From positions 172,431 to 236,430 of IMG/VR virus record IMGVR_UViG_3300045125_000168: a DNA stretch of 64,000 nucleotides, one strand, 5' to 3'. The number at the start of each line of letters is the position of its first letter. Position 1 is the first letter of the stretch. The notes beneath the pieces were generated by a model, which was given only the letters and a program-made list of their open reading frames with translations, searched no databases and was not told the origin of the DNA. Of this stretch, positions 1 through 9,779 are shown piece after piece. A program made the translations under genes and the position numbers.

Positions 1-1475
1 ATTTTTTGGCCGTGGAGAGACAGCCAGTGGATACCTGCGAGCAGGCTGCGGCCTTCGCTCACAAGGCTACGACGCTCGGAAGCGGTGACTTGTTTACGGT
101 CGAGGGAGTGAACGTCTTTGAGAGCGGCAGCCACTTCTTTTTCGAGGTTTTCAAGACGTTTTGCAGTAGCAAGAGCCGCCTTGAACTTTCCTGCGCGAGC
201 CAAAGCACGAACCTTGCGGAACATGGCTTCTGCTTTCGCAGCTTCGTCTTTGTCACTGTCGATCGATTCTTGAGCGGCCTGAGGTAATTTCATTTCTTCG
301 TCCTCCGAGTCTTCGTCATGGCTTGCGTCTTCTTCGTTAGCGAAACCCGCGTTCTTCTCTTCGTCATCCGCTGCTTCGGGAAGAGGAGCAGCGTGTTCCT
401 CACTGGCAAGAGCCGCGAGTCCTTCGCGAGCCAGTTCAAAGTCACCTTTTTTGAGCAAAGCAGCGACCGTGCGGGTAGCCTTCAGGCGTTCTGCTTTTTT
501 GAGGCAAGCGGTAGCCTTGGCGATATCACCTTGGCGAGCGGCAGCTTCCGCTGCGCTTTGAGCCTCTAGCTCGTCATGGCTTGGATCTTCAACCACCAAT
601 TCTTCTTTACCAGCTTCGGCTTCGTCTTCCAAAATCTCGTCAGAGGCTTCGCAGTGCTCTTCCCCTGGCGCACATTCTTTGGCTTTTGCCATCATGTCTT
701 CGGCAGCTTTCATCATGCTTGCAGCTTTGGACTGATCGGCAGTCGGGTCTTTCATCATTTCTTCGGCAGCTTTCATCAGGTAGCAGGCTTTTTCAGCCTC
801 AGCCTTTTTGCCTTCATCAGCGATAGCTTTGGCTTCTTCTTCCATCACTTCACTTTTGCAGACTTCACCTGATTTCTCATCGCACTCTTCAAGATCCGCT
901 AGGATCTCTTCGAGGGCGCGAGCGCGAACGAGGTCGCCTTTTTTCTTAAGATTTGCCTTGAGCGTGGCCAAGGCTTCGCGTTGCGAGACCTTCATATCGT
1001 TATCCTCATCTTGTGGCTCTTGCGACATATTATAAGCCGTTAGGTACTTCCGAGCTTCAACAATGTAACCACCGTTGAGCAACACGTTCGCAAGAATCGA
1101 AACTGTTTCGTTGCTTGCATCCGCGAAGTCTGCGTGGTCCTCTGGTGACTCCAGATAATCTCCACCAGCCGTAAAAGCTGCATCAGGCGCACCTGTCGGT
1201 GGCAATTCAGCAATCACGCTTGCAGCGATCTGCACAGATTCACCGTCTCGTTCGTGAACAAACGCTTCGACCGCAGCACCAAGATAGGTGTGAGCCAAAG
1301 TGTAGTTCGGTTTTTCCTCACGAAGTAGCTTGGCCGCATGAGCTAAAAGTCTATGAGCCACAGGTTTTGATGGGGCTTTGTTGTGATTTAAAACCTTTTC
1401 CAAGGCTTCCACTTCAGCCAATAAAACTGTGTCCCCACGATTTTTTAGCTCGCGCAGCGCATTTTTCAATGTCAT
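1..1475 (-). CDS. Acidic Ala/Glu/Lys-rich helical protein, scaffold-like; frameshifted and runs off the window edge
   Basis: Hand translation, mostly absent from the ORF track: MTLKNALRELKNRGDTVLLAEVE...EEEAKAIADEGKKAEAEKA...KAAEEMM...KAAEDMM...DEDSEDEENE. Two apparent indels (about 1230 and about 290). The scaffold call is inference from composition and phage context. Confidence 0.6.
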   Translation of the reverse strand, partial: MTLKNALRELKNRGDTVLLAEVEALEKVLNHNKAPSKPVAHRLLAHAAKLLREEKPNYTLAHTYLGAAVEAFVHERDGESVQIAASVIAELPPTGAPDAAFTAGGDYLESPEDHADFADASNETVSILANVLLNGGYIVEARKYLTAYNMSQEPQDEDNDMKVSQREALATLKANLKKKGDLVRARALEEILADLEECDEKSGEVCKSEVMEEEAKAIADEGKKAEAEKACYLMKAAEEMMKDPTADQSKAASMMKAAEDMMAKAKECAPGEEHCEASDEILEDEAEAGKEELVVEDPSHDELEAQSAAEAAARQGDIAKATACLKKAERLKATRTVAALLKKGDFELAREGLAALASEEHAAPLPEAADDEEKNAGFANEEDASHDEDSEDEEMKLPQAAQESIDSDKDEAAKAEAMFRKVRALARAGKFKAALATAKRLENLEKEVAAALKDVHSLDRKQVTASERRSLVSEGRSLLAGIHWLSLHGQK

Positions 1476-1579
1476 GACGGATCTCCTGGAGAAATAAGTT
1501 CGCGCTGCTCAACACCTAATGGTAATAATGACGACAACCTCGTGGAGGAGGTTAGAAACTGAAATCGAATATTGAATCT

Positions 1580-1849
1580 TTACGCTTTAGCTTGTCCTTG
1601 CATCCGAGCTTGTTGCGACTTCAGGGCTTCTGAAAGACGCAGGGGTCGCCCACTCACTTCTTTACCTTGCATCTCTTGCAAGGCCAGTTCTCCTTCTTTG
1701 ACCTCGATAAAGCCATACCCTTTTGACCGACCAGTTTCGCGGTCTTTGATGATACGGATTGACCCAGGGCGAACACCATAAGGTTGGAATGCTGCCTCTA
1801 GTTCTTGTTCCGTAACCTTCCATGCTAAGTTTCCCAGATAAAGGCGCAT
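1580..1849 (-). CDS. Single-RRM RNA-binding protein
   Basis: RNP2-like LYLGNL and RNP1-like KGYGFIEV; ends GRPLRLSEA, typical of bacterial RRM proteins. Confidence 0.9.
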   Translation of the reverse strand: MRLYLGNLAWKVTEQELEAAFQPYGVRPGSIRIIKDRETGRSKGYGFIEVKEGELALQEMQGKEVSGRPLRLSEALKSQQARMQGQAKA

Positions 1850-1997
1850 CACTGTGGGCTCCTGACTCCGTGTTTGTTGAAGTAACAAACAAAAACCCTT
1901 TAAATATCCCTAAAAGGGTTTGGAGTAACCGACCCACACCGATCTGGGGTGGGCTAAAAATTAAAAATCTCTTTTTTAATCTTGGACATGATTCTCT

Positions 1998-2387
1998 TTA
2001 GGTAATTTCGCTCCGCAGCAGTGACACCAGAAGTCCCGATCCTTTCAAAATCAGATGCATATTCTGCATCGTTTCGGAACCACATTGCGGGCATTCTACT
2101 TTTTGCAAATAGTCTTTTTTGAGATCATCCCTCAGCAGGCGCTCAAGCTGCATCGGGGTAAGCTCTTCAATAAAACGCGCATACTTGCCCGAGAGAGGGC
2201 TGAAAGGATCAAGCCCCATCTCGGCATAGTATTGCTTCCCAGTCTCTGGGTCTTCATAAAGCCCGTAAGAAAACCCGCATCCGGTGGTGGTCCTCGAAAG
2301 AGATACACCGGACGATATGGCTGGTAATCGGTGGGTTTCTGGGTGTAAGGAAGTAGGCCCCCCACCAAATCCTAAAATTAGTTTCAT
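1998..2387 (-). CDS. Hypothetical protein with a CPQC motif
   Basis: 129-aa ORF in a co-directional run; the C-terminus is probably frameshifted. Confidence 0.5.
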   Translation of the reverse strand: MKLILGFGGGPTSLHPETHRLPAISSGVSLSRTTTGCGFSYGLYEDPETGKQYYAEMGLDPFSPLSGKYARFIEELTPMQLERLLRDDLKKDYLQKVECPQCGSETMQNMHLILKGSGLLVSLLRSEIT

Positions 2388-3153
2388 GACGGGCGACTCA
2401 TGGTTTTAACATAATCCGAGCCTAGAATCTGCGTGACCGCACCCAACGCCCATTTTTCCCAGGTTTTCTGCGATTTCGTCGGAGCGAGACTGCTCGTGAC
2501 TTCCAGAACGCGAAGATCGGACACATCCTTCGCGGCTTTGGCCAAGGTCACAATCTTTTCTCGGGGTAGTTCATAACGACTCCATGCGAGAGCAGATCCT
2601 GCATGGTCCAAGACCTCTTCGGCAATCGTTAGAAGCTCACGACGCAAACCCAAGTGGCAAGCGTCTTCACTTGCAGAAGCCACGACAGGGGCTGGAAGCT
2701 CCAAGTCACCGACCGTCCAGTCCTGCTTCAGGTTGTAAGTGCAGATCACCGAGGCTTGGTCTTTCTGGGCGATCGCGACTTTCGCGTTCAACTCTTCAGC
2801 ACCGATGGTGAACTCGCCAAGCGGAACAGCCGCGCCTTTGGTTTCCATCAGAAGAGCGTTGATCTCGTCTTGGAACGCTTTGAAAGCCGGGTTCAAATCT
2901 TGCTCTAGCTTGGTCAAAGCCGCTAAAATGCGCGATTTCGGGTCGATCGGTGCGGCTTCTTCTGGCGCAGGCGCAGCTTCTTCCTCAGCTTGCTCCTCGG
3001 CCTCTGGCGCTTCCTCGGGTTCCTCAGCAGGGGCCTCGGCAACCTCTTGGAGTGCGATCACGGCGAGGCGTTCCGCATCTTTTTTGAGATCGATCCTGCC
3101 TCAACCTTTTTTCTTAATTCAGACAAAAACGCTAGAGTATGAGCGCGTTGCAT
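2384..3153 (-). CDS. Hypothetical protein with an acidic Ala/Glu/Pro linker, possibly virion-associated
   Basis: ORF 2384-3061 extends to ATG 3153 (MQRAHTLAFLSELRKKVEAG) if one A is added in the homopolymer near 3085. Confidence 0.6.
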
Positions 3154-3165
3154 ACCACCGTCTCC

Positions 3166-3647
3166 TTAGAGTTCGTTGCGCAGAAGGGATTGAAGCTCGT
3201 GCGTGTGTTCCTGCTCTTTGGCCAGGATGTTTTCTAATTCTATTTTAAGGGGGAGTCTTCGCCAAGCTGCGAAATGATCTTCCCGTATAAGGCAACAGCC
3301 TCTTGCTCAAACTTGAGTTGCAACCGAATCAGGTCTTCAATCTTAGACCCCTTCGGAAGCTCGGGAATGATGTGGCGCTTGACCGTAGGTCGTTCACCCA
3401 TTCCGACGATGTAGCGTTGCAGGAGAGAAATATGCGAGGCTTCTTCTCCGGCATTTTCCTCGAAATCCGCAGCAATCGCTGGGCTACAAAGACCGAGGAG
3501 CGATTCTTTATAGGCGTAGTAAAGATCCCACTGCCTAAATTCGCCCATCAAGGCTTCTTGCAAAAGTCCAAGAACCCCCACGTCCTGAGCCGATAAGAGA
3601 TCGGCAGGAGTAGCGGCTAAGACATATAATTTGCGCAAGAAAGACAT
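3166..3647 (-). CDS. Ferritin-like (bacterioferritin/Dps-type) diiron protein
   Basis: ALMGE...Y, EEASHISLL, LKFEQEAVALY and, after a homopolymer indel near 3245, LENILAKEQEH: paired ExxH helices. Confidence 0.8.
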
Positions 3648-3682
3648 AAGCTCTACCTTTATCAATATAAATCTTGCCCGAC

Positions 3683-3958
3683 TTATTTTTTCAAACTGCT
3701 GAGATACAACCACTTCGCAAGAGCCGTGCGAATCTGTTTTTTGACGACCGCGAACTGCTCGGCGTTCTGAGCTTTTTCCAACTCTGTTTTAACTTTGTTC
3801 TCAATGCGAGATAAGTGACCAGCAAAGTCACTGCGCATTTTGTCTAAATCTTGGTTGACCACTTTCCACGCCTCTTCACCCAAAAACTCTTTGGTCGCGG
3901 GCGATAAGGTCGAACCAAGCGCCTTTTTGCGGTTGACTTTTTTCAAGAATGAAACCAT
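3683..3958 (-). CDS. Small helical hypothetical protein
   Basis: MVSFLKKVNRKKALG..., an open frame between the ferritin-like gene and rmlC. Confidence 0.55.
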   Translation of the reverse strand: MVSFLKKVNRKKALGSTLSPATKEFLGEEAWKVVNQDLDKMRSDFAGHLSRIENKVKTELEKAQNAEQFAVVKKQIRTALAKWLYLSSLKK

Positions 3959-3987
3959 ACGGTGCCCCCTTCGCAAATCGATCAAAG

Positions 3988-4515
3988 CTAAATCTTGATG
4001 AGAGGCCAACTCTGATCGCGGGGATTGACTAAGAGAGGAGTCTCAGGCCATTCGATACCAAGCGCAGGGTCATCCCACCGGAGACCGTCTTCGGCACTTT
4101 TTTCATAAGGGTAATCGACTTTGTACTGAACGATCGCCGTTTCAGACAGAACTAGAAAGCCGTGGGCCAAACCTTTGGGGACATAAAGACTCCAGTGGTT
4201 GTCCTCATTAAGATGAAACCCAGCCCATTTCAGATAGCTCGGGGAGTCAGGTCGAAGGTCCACAATCACGTCATAGATGGAACCCGCAACACACCGCACG
4301 AGTTTCGCCTGAGCCGATCCACCTTTTTGAAAGTGCAAGCCTCGCAAGGTGCCTTTCATGCTTTTGGACTGATTGTCTTGAATCCATCTCTCGTGGATGC
4401 CTGCGGAGCGGAAGTCTGACAGATTGTACGGGACCAAAAAATGTCCTCGGTCATCCGAAAAAACATCAGGCTTAAAGATGCAGGCTTGATAGACAGAAGT
4501 TGTCAACTTTTCCAC
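3988..4515 (-). CDS. rmlC: dTDP-4-dehydrorhamnose 3,5-epimerase
   Basis: DDRGHF, QDNQSKS..GTLRGLHFQ, QAKLVRCVAGSIYDVIVDLRPDSP, VPKGLAHGF, YKVDYPY, WDDPALGIEWP. Confidence 0.95.
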   Translation of the reverse strand: MEKLTTSVYQACIFKPDVFSDDRGHFLVPYNLSDFRSAGIHERWIQDNQSKSMKGTLRGLHFQKGGSAQAKLVRCVAGSIYDVIVDLRPDSPSYLKWAGFHLNEDNHWSLYVPKGLAHGFLVLSETAIVQYKVDYPYEKSAEDGLRWDDPALGIEWPETPLLVNPRDQSWPLIKI

Positions 4516-5396
4516 AAGCGACCCTTTTCTTGGAGTTCCTCTAAGTGTTCGACTAACCTAATCTTCCAATCGACGATATGCTGCGGAGCTAGGGCTTGTG
4601 CCTTGGTGGTGTCCAGGGCCGAGAAGGTCGGACGCAAGGCGCGGGCGCGGTGCTCATCACTACTTAAAAACGGCTTGACTTTCAGATCGATATTCACCAC
4701 GGCACTGAGATAGGACGCAATCACCTGAGCCTGATCGCAGCGCGAGGGCACCGTCGTCGCAGAACCCGAAACATGGATTAGACCCCGAAGCCGAGCGTCA
4801 CTGAGCGCCTGGACAATAAAGCCTGCGACATCCTGAGCGTGAGTTGGAAAGCCAAATTGATCGGATACCACGGGTATAGAGTTTGAGTTCTTTAAATTGC
4901 GGACAATCGCTTCCGGGAACGACGCCCGTGCTCGACCGTACACCCAACTGGTGCGCACCAAAAGAAAAGGTTTTAAACAGTGCCTGAGAAATAGCTCTTC
5001 CCCGAGTAATTTGGTCAGACCATAGACCTGAATCGGCCCCGCTTGGTCGTCCTCACGGTAAGGGATGTGGTGCTCTTTGCCACCAAAGATATAGTCCGTC
5101 GAGATATGCACCACGAGCTTACAGGCTTGAAGCTCCGAACAGACCTTGGCTACCCGTTCGGCAAGAGCCGCGTTGAGTAGGAAGGCTTGGTGCAAATGCT
5201 GCTCGGCCTGATCGACGTTGGTGTAGGCCGCAGCATTGATGACCACTTCAGGGTTCACCGACCGCAGATAGAACTCCAGGGCCTCTAGGTTCGAGAGGTC
5301 ACACTCCTGTCTCGTGGGGGCTAAGACAGGGTAGCCGTGCAAAAGTCGCCTAAGCTCCGTGCCGATCAGCCCTGAGCCACCCAGAATCACGATCAT
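4503..5396 (-). CDS. rmlD: dTDP-4-dehydrorhamnose reductase
   Basis: ILGGSGLIG, VINAAAYTNVDQAE, HISTDYIFGG, YGLTKLLGE (YxxxK), VRTSWVYG, DQFGFPT, RPTFSALD. Confidence 0.95.
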   Translation of the reverse strand: MIVILGGSGLIGTELRRLLHGYPVLAPTRQECDLSNLEALEFYLRSVNPEVVINAAAYTNVDQAEQHLHQAFLLNAALAERVAKVCSELQACKLVVHISTDYIFGGKEHHIPYREDDQAGPIQVYGLTKLLGEELFLRHCLKPFLLVRTSWVYGRARASFPEAIVRNLKNSNSIPVVSDQFGFPTHAQDVAGFIVQALSDARLRGLIHVSGSATTVPSRCDQAQVIASYLSAVVNIDLKVKPFLSSDEHRARALRPTFSALDTTKAQALAPQHIVDWKIRLVEHLEELQEKGRLWKS

Positions 5397-5417
5397 GTCG
5401 AACCTCGCTTGGATTGC

Positions 5418-5456
5418 TTGACAAACATCTTAGCTTGCTTTTAATTTGTAGACAAA
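5418..5456. promoter_or_regulatory. Overlapping divergent sigma70-like promoters between rmlD and NUDIX
   Basis: Plus strand TTGACA-17-TTAATT; minus strand TTGTCT-17-TAAGAT; located in the gap between divergent genes. Confidence 0.55.
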
Positions 5457-5550
5457 TCGCTAAAGCTACTTTGTGTACGGTAAAAAGGTGTTCTCATGGA
5501 GGGCACCTTTTTTGTCCCAAAAGATTCAACACGACCTAGAGGAGTCTTTC

Positions 5551-6041
5551 ATGCAGACCTTCCTGAAACGTGTTGCTGATAGATATAGTGTCGTGGCTGA
5601 GATTGGCTCGGGCAAACACGCCCTGACAACCGACGAGAGCGGGAAGTTTTGGGGGAACGCAGGTGCAGGGGGAGTGTTTTGGGCTAAGGAGACGGGCCGT
5701 ATCCTTCTAGCGTACCGCAGCGCCTTGGTGAATGAGCCGCACACTTGGGGTGTGTGGGGTGGGGCCGTGGACAAGGGCGAATCGCCAGAAGATACCGTGA
5801 GACGAGAAATCAAAGAAGAGACCAAGTACGCTGGGGCCTATCAACTCAAGCCGCTCTACGTCTACCAAAACGGCAACTTTCGTTATCACAATTTTCTTAT
5901 TACCGTGCCAAAAGAGTTTGACCCGATCCTCTGCTGGGAAACCGAAGACTTTGGATGGTTTGACTTAGGGGCTTTCCTAAGCCGCTGCACTTCGGTCTCA
6001 AAGCTCTTTTGCCGCACTTAGAAAAAGAAATCAAAAGGTGA
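5551..6041 (+). CDS. NUDIX hydrolase
   Basis: Nudix box GGAVDKGESPEDTVRREIKEET; the last ~20 codons need a frameshift (FPKPLHFGLKALLPHLEKEIKR*). Confidence 0.9.
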
Positions 6042-6046
6042 CCCCT

Positions 6047-6637
6047 ATGTTGTACAGCTTCCTTGAACAGGTATCGGCAAAGTACGCCGTGATTGCTGAA
6101 CCCACCCTGACCCTGTGGCATGGTGGTAACCTGGAGTTTTCCTCGGAAAGCATCTCACATCGGGGTGGTAGATGGGAGCACGGTCCTGGCCTTTATCTCA
6201 CCACGCACTATGATACAGCAAAAAAATATGCCAAAGGGTCTCGCAAGCTCTATCAAGTTGTCGTTCGGGAGGGAAAAGATCTTTCCGACGTGAACTTACC
6301 GATCGATGCTGTTCATGCTTTTATAGATGAGTATTTTATTCGAGCGCGTAAGCGAGACTTGTTAGCGCGAATCGAAAAGCATGTGGTGAATAACAAAATC
6401 AACGCCGAGACTTTTTTGAATATTACGATCAATGAAAATGGCATCAGAAACACGGATACCGATCGGTTGAGAAATTTTTTAGTCCAGCAAGGAGCCGACT
6501 ATCTGGTTGTGGATAACCCTTTTGGTTGGGGCGAAAGAATGCTTGTGCTTTTCAACATGAAAAACATGGTTAGTAAGAAAAGAATAACGCCAAAAGACAC
6601 TATTGAAGTGTTTGATCTGCCGAAAGAGTTTGCCTAA
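6047..6637 (+). CDS. ADP-ribosyltransferase-fold protein (H-Y clade-like)
   Basis: LWHGG...HGPGLYLTTHYDTAKKYA...LYQV matches the HG / G.G.Y.T / A..YA signature of ART-fold phage proteins. Confidence 0.65.
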   Translation: MLYSFLEQVSAKYAVIAEPTLTLWHGGNLEFSSESISHRGGRWEHGPGLYLTTHYDTAKKYAKGSRKLYQVVVREGKDLSDVNLPIDAVHAFIDEYFIRARKRDLLARIEKHVVNNKINAETFLNITINENGIRNTDTDRLRNFLVQQGADYLVVDNPFGWGERMLVLFNMKNMVSKKRITPKDTIEVFDLPKEFA

Positions 6638-6665
6638 TTTCGCAGATGATCTTTTTTGCGGTCCC

Positions 6666-8521
6666 TTAGTCCTCTGCGGCCTCGGGTTTTACCAGGATCT
6701 TCTTGATCTCGTCGGCGGCTTCGTTGATAAAATCCTCGTCATCAACGTCGATAGCGTAAAGTGTCCGCTCTTCATCTTCGTCCTCGACTTTATAAACGTA
6801 CTTGATAACCCAACCATTACCGTCATGTTCAGGTTCGATGATCTCCGTGATGTTATCCTGCTCAATTTTTTCTTTGATATTGTCCTCTAGCTCGGACTCT
6901 AGTTGACCTTTTAAAAGATCGCGGACGGTTTCGTTTAACTTATCTTCGTCGATAACTAGAGCGAGACCAGCATCAACCTCAAAGTAAACATAGCCACTTC
7001 TCACAGATCCGCGTGATAGGTGTCTATTCACTTTATCTTGTTGCTCTTCCGAGAGGCTTTCCCACTCTTCTGCAAGGTCTTCTGGTAACTCCGTTTCTGT
7101 TTCACCTTGATGGTAATAGGCGAGAGCATAGTTTGGTGGATAGGACTCTTCATAAGTTTCAACCTGACAGCACTTAAAGAGACTTTCTTTTCTAACACAT
7201 CCAAGACGTATCGGACTTTATCTTCGACATCGCTATCCACTTTATCTAAAATTTGCCTTTCAGCTAGATCGTTAAAACTCTCTTCCAATATATATTCATA
7301 CTCTCCGAGCCAGTCTTCACTAGAATAGTGTTCTTCTTCTCCTTCAATATATTCATCAATTCTCTGAGCCAAATCCTCCAGATCAACCCCTGATGGAGCC
7401 AATTCAGGACGTTTTTCGATCAGCTTATCTTTTAAACCCTCGTCTAAGTCTGAGATCCTAAAATTGTTTTGAGCCGCGTACCCGCCCCCTTTGAGCTTGG
7501 TGATTTTGTCATCCTCTAAGAGCTTGACGATATAAGGATGCAGGTTCTCTTTGGGCTTCTGGTTGCTAAACCCCTTCATTTCGCCAAGAGAGCCATCGGA
7601 GTTCCAAATAAAGGTCGCGTGGGGCTTCCACATTTTTTTGCCTTTTTTGGTCGTAATCGGCTCGCGCAAAGAGAGGATTCTTTGTCCCTTCCTGGCTGAA
7701 GGCACGTTGCCGCAGTGACGCATGGCGGCTCCCTCTTTCTCACACCCAGCACGGTCCAAAAGATGCCACTGCCAACCATCTTCAAACTTAAGGAAGGTCT
7801 TGTCGGCCCCTTGCTCAACCAAGCGGGCTTTTTCTTTTTGCAAAGACTCTGACTTTTCCGTGAGACTTTTAAGGTCTTCAAGCAGCTTATCGGACTTTTG
7901 GTCCTTAAATGTATAATTCAGAACAGGCTGATAATTATTGACCTCAGCGTTGCCAAGATAGTGGGTGATGTCAGTGAGCAGTTGGTCGATGTCTGAGGAC
8001 TTTAAGGGATCTGGTGGCTCTTTACCTTGAAAGGCGGGCCGAGTGCCCCGTGCCTTCTTTAAGAACCACACGATCCGATCCTCTCTTTTGAGATTCTTGA
8101 TCGACTTAGCAATAAGAGCATCCCAATACTCCGGTTGGTCCAACCGATTGGAACCTGGATTCTCGTAGAACGGTTTCAGCATCATCTTCAGCCGTGGCTT
8201 GCGACTAGCTAGGACTTCAATTCTTTGCAAAAACTCAAGTTCATTTGGATTTTCCTTTTTTGCAGCTTGCGGCTTGAGTAGAAGAGGTTCAATTTGCTTC
8301 TTCACGTCTCGAAGGAACTTTTTGTCATCTAACGGGATTTCAAAAAGGACTTTTTCTGCACCATCAACTTTGTAGTTGAGTTGCCAGGATTCTACATAGT
8401 CTTCATTTTCTCGCTCATTCGGACCGTAAATTTTACTTATCTTCTCCGATTTAATTTTCTTTTTGATCGTGGGCATCTCATCTGCATCGGCATCTCCTGG
8501 CAACTTTTGGGATTCATTCAT
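6666..8521 (-). CDS. PcfJ-like domain protein with an acidic C-terminus (ORFs 7028-8569 and 6666-7031 joined)
   Basis: EKEGAAMRHCGNV...ILSLR...PHATF...GEMKGFSNQKP. A frame change near 7190 gives continuous ...QDKVNRHLSRGSV into the downstream ORF. Confidence 0.65.
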
Positions 8522-8525
8522 AATC

Positions 8526-8945
8526 TTACTTTGGAAGCCTAACCATCTCAGCGGACCCCCGCAAAACAAACCCGTGGCGTCCGTAGAATTTCTTGAGCCT
8601 GCCTAGTGGAGTGCTCCCTTGGCGTCGTGGTCCCACACCGACATGAAGCTGCAAGACCACTTGGTACTTGTCAGCAAGCTCCGTCAGGTATCGGAGAGCC
8701 TCAGTCCCCGCACCTGAGCCTTTCTCAGCGGCACTGAGCCAGGAGATATAGACCGTGGGCTTGGTCCTCTCCTTCGTCTCAAGATCTAAAAAGGCACCGC
8801 CCTTGGAGGTCTGCAAAGCGTACCCCAGACCTCGGAAGTAACCCTTGGCCTTGGTTTTGAACTCGTCTACCAGCTTTTGCGCTGGGGCATCCTCGGCACA
8901 TAACACGGGATATTTGCGCTGCACGGAAGAAAAAACATGCCGCAT
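8526..8945 (-). CDS. GNAT-family acetyltransferase-like protein
   Basis: Motif A-like EKGSGAGTEALRYLTELAD and motif B-like RLKKFYGRHGFV. Confidence 0.75.
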   Translation of the reverse strand: MRHVFSSVQRKYPVLCAEDAPAQKLVDEFKTKAKGYFRGLGYALQTSKGGAFLDLETKERTKPTVYISWLSAAEKGSGAGTEALRYLTELADKYQVVLQLHVGVGPRRQGSTPLGRLKKFYGRHGFVLRGSAEMVRLPK

Positions 8946-9060
8946 CCTCTGTAGTCTCGTGAGCTAGATAAATCTTGCTCAAACGACTTCGTGAGGTGCA
9001 AGTTGCATTTTGTCTTTGTTCATATTATATCATCATTCGGTCCAAGGGGAGACAACCATC

Positions 9061-9275
9061 ATGGTCGAAAAATGGATAGGCATCAAAGAGATCGCGGAGC
9101 ACCTGGGCATTTCCGTGGTGACGATCTATAGATGGGTTGAAAATGGAAAAATCCCTTGCCACAGGGTCGGCAAACTCTGGAAGTTCAAACCTTCAGAGGT
9201 CGATGCCTGGGTGAGCAGCGGGCAGGCTTCGGGAACGAGTAAGACGAAAAAGAAAAAGAAGAAAAAAGCTCTAAA
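9061..9275 (+). CDS. Excisionase/MerR-type helix-turn-helix DNA-binding protein
   Basis: IGIKEIAEHLGISVVTIYRWVENGKIPCHRVGKLWKFKPSEVDAWV; stop position uncertain in the A-rich tail. Confidence 0.85.
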
Positions 9276-9278
9276 TAA

Positions 9279-9752
9279 TTATTTTACCTTAAAACCTTCA
9301 CCCATCATCTCTTCTTTGAGAATTTCAAGCATATTGTCAGCAGCATAGTCGATCTCCGGGTTCACAATACCGTCTGCGTTTTTCTTTTCACCCGTTTCGA
9401 TATTGGTCGTAAGATCACCCACCCGCGTAATTTTTATACCTCGGGCCGAACCGTCCTCACACTTATAGGTGATCGAAACGGTGAAAACCTTGTCGTTCAC
9501 CTTTTTCAGTTTCGCATCGACCTTGCACTCGACACCCGCATCCTGAAAAACTTTGGTCACGTCTTTGGCAAACGTATCCAACTTTTTGTCCGAAAACGTC
9601 ATGCCGTGGGCAAAGGTGCTAAAAAGTCCTGTTCCGACGAGAACAGTGACCGTTTTTTTCAACTTATTCAAAAAGTCAAATTTGGCTTCAATCCTAGAAC
9701 AATAGGAATAGGAGATTTTTTTGGCTTGGACTTTTTGAATATAACTGGCCAC
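9279..9752 (-). CDS. Hypothetical protein
   Basis: 157-aa ORF beginning MASYIQKVQAKK; no family recognised. Confidence 0.55.
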   Translation of the reverse strand: MASYIQKVQAKKISYSYCSRIEAKFDFLNKLKKTVTVLVGTGLFSTFAHGMTFSDKKLDTFAKDVTKVFQDAGVECKVDAKLKKVNDKVFTVSITYKCEDGSARGIKITRVGDLTTNIETGEKKNADGIVNPEIDYAADNMLEILKEEMMGEGFKVK

Positions 9753-9779
9753 TTGAAATCTCCTTCGATTGCCGCTGAA

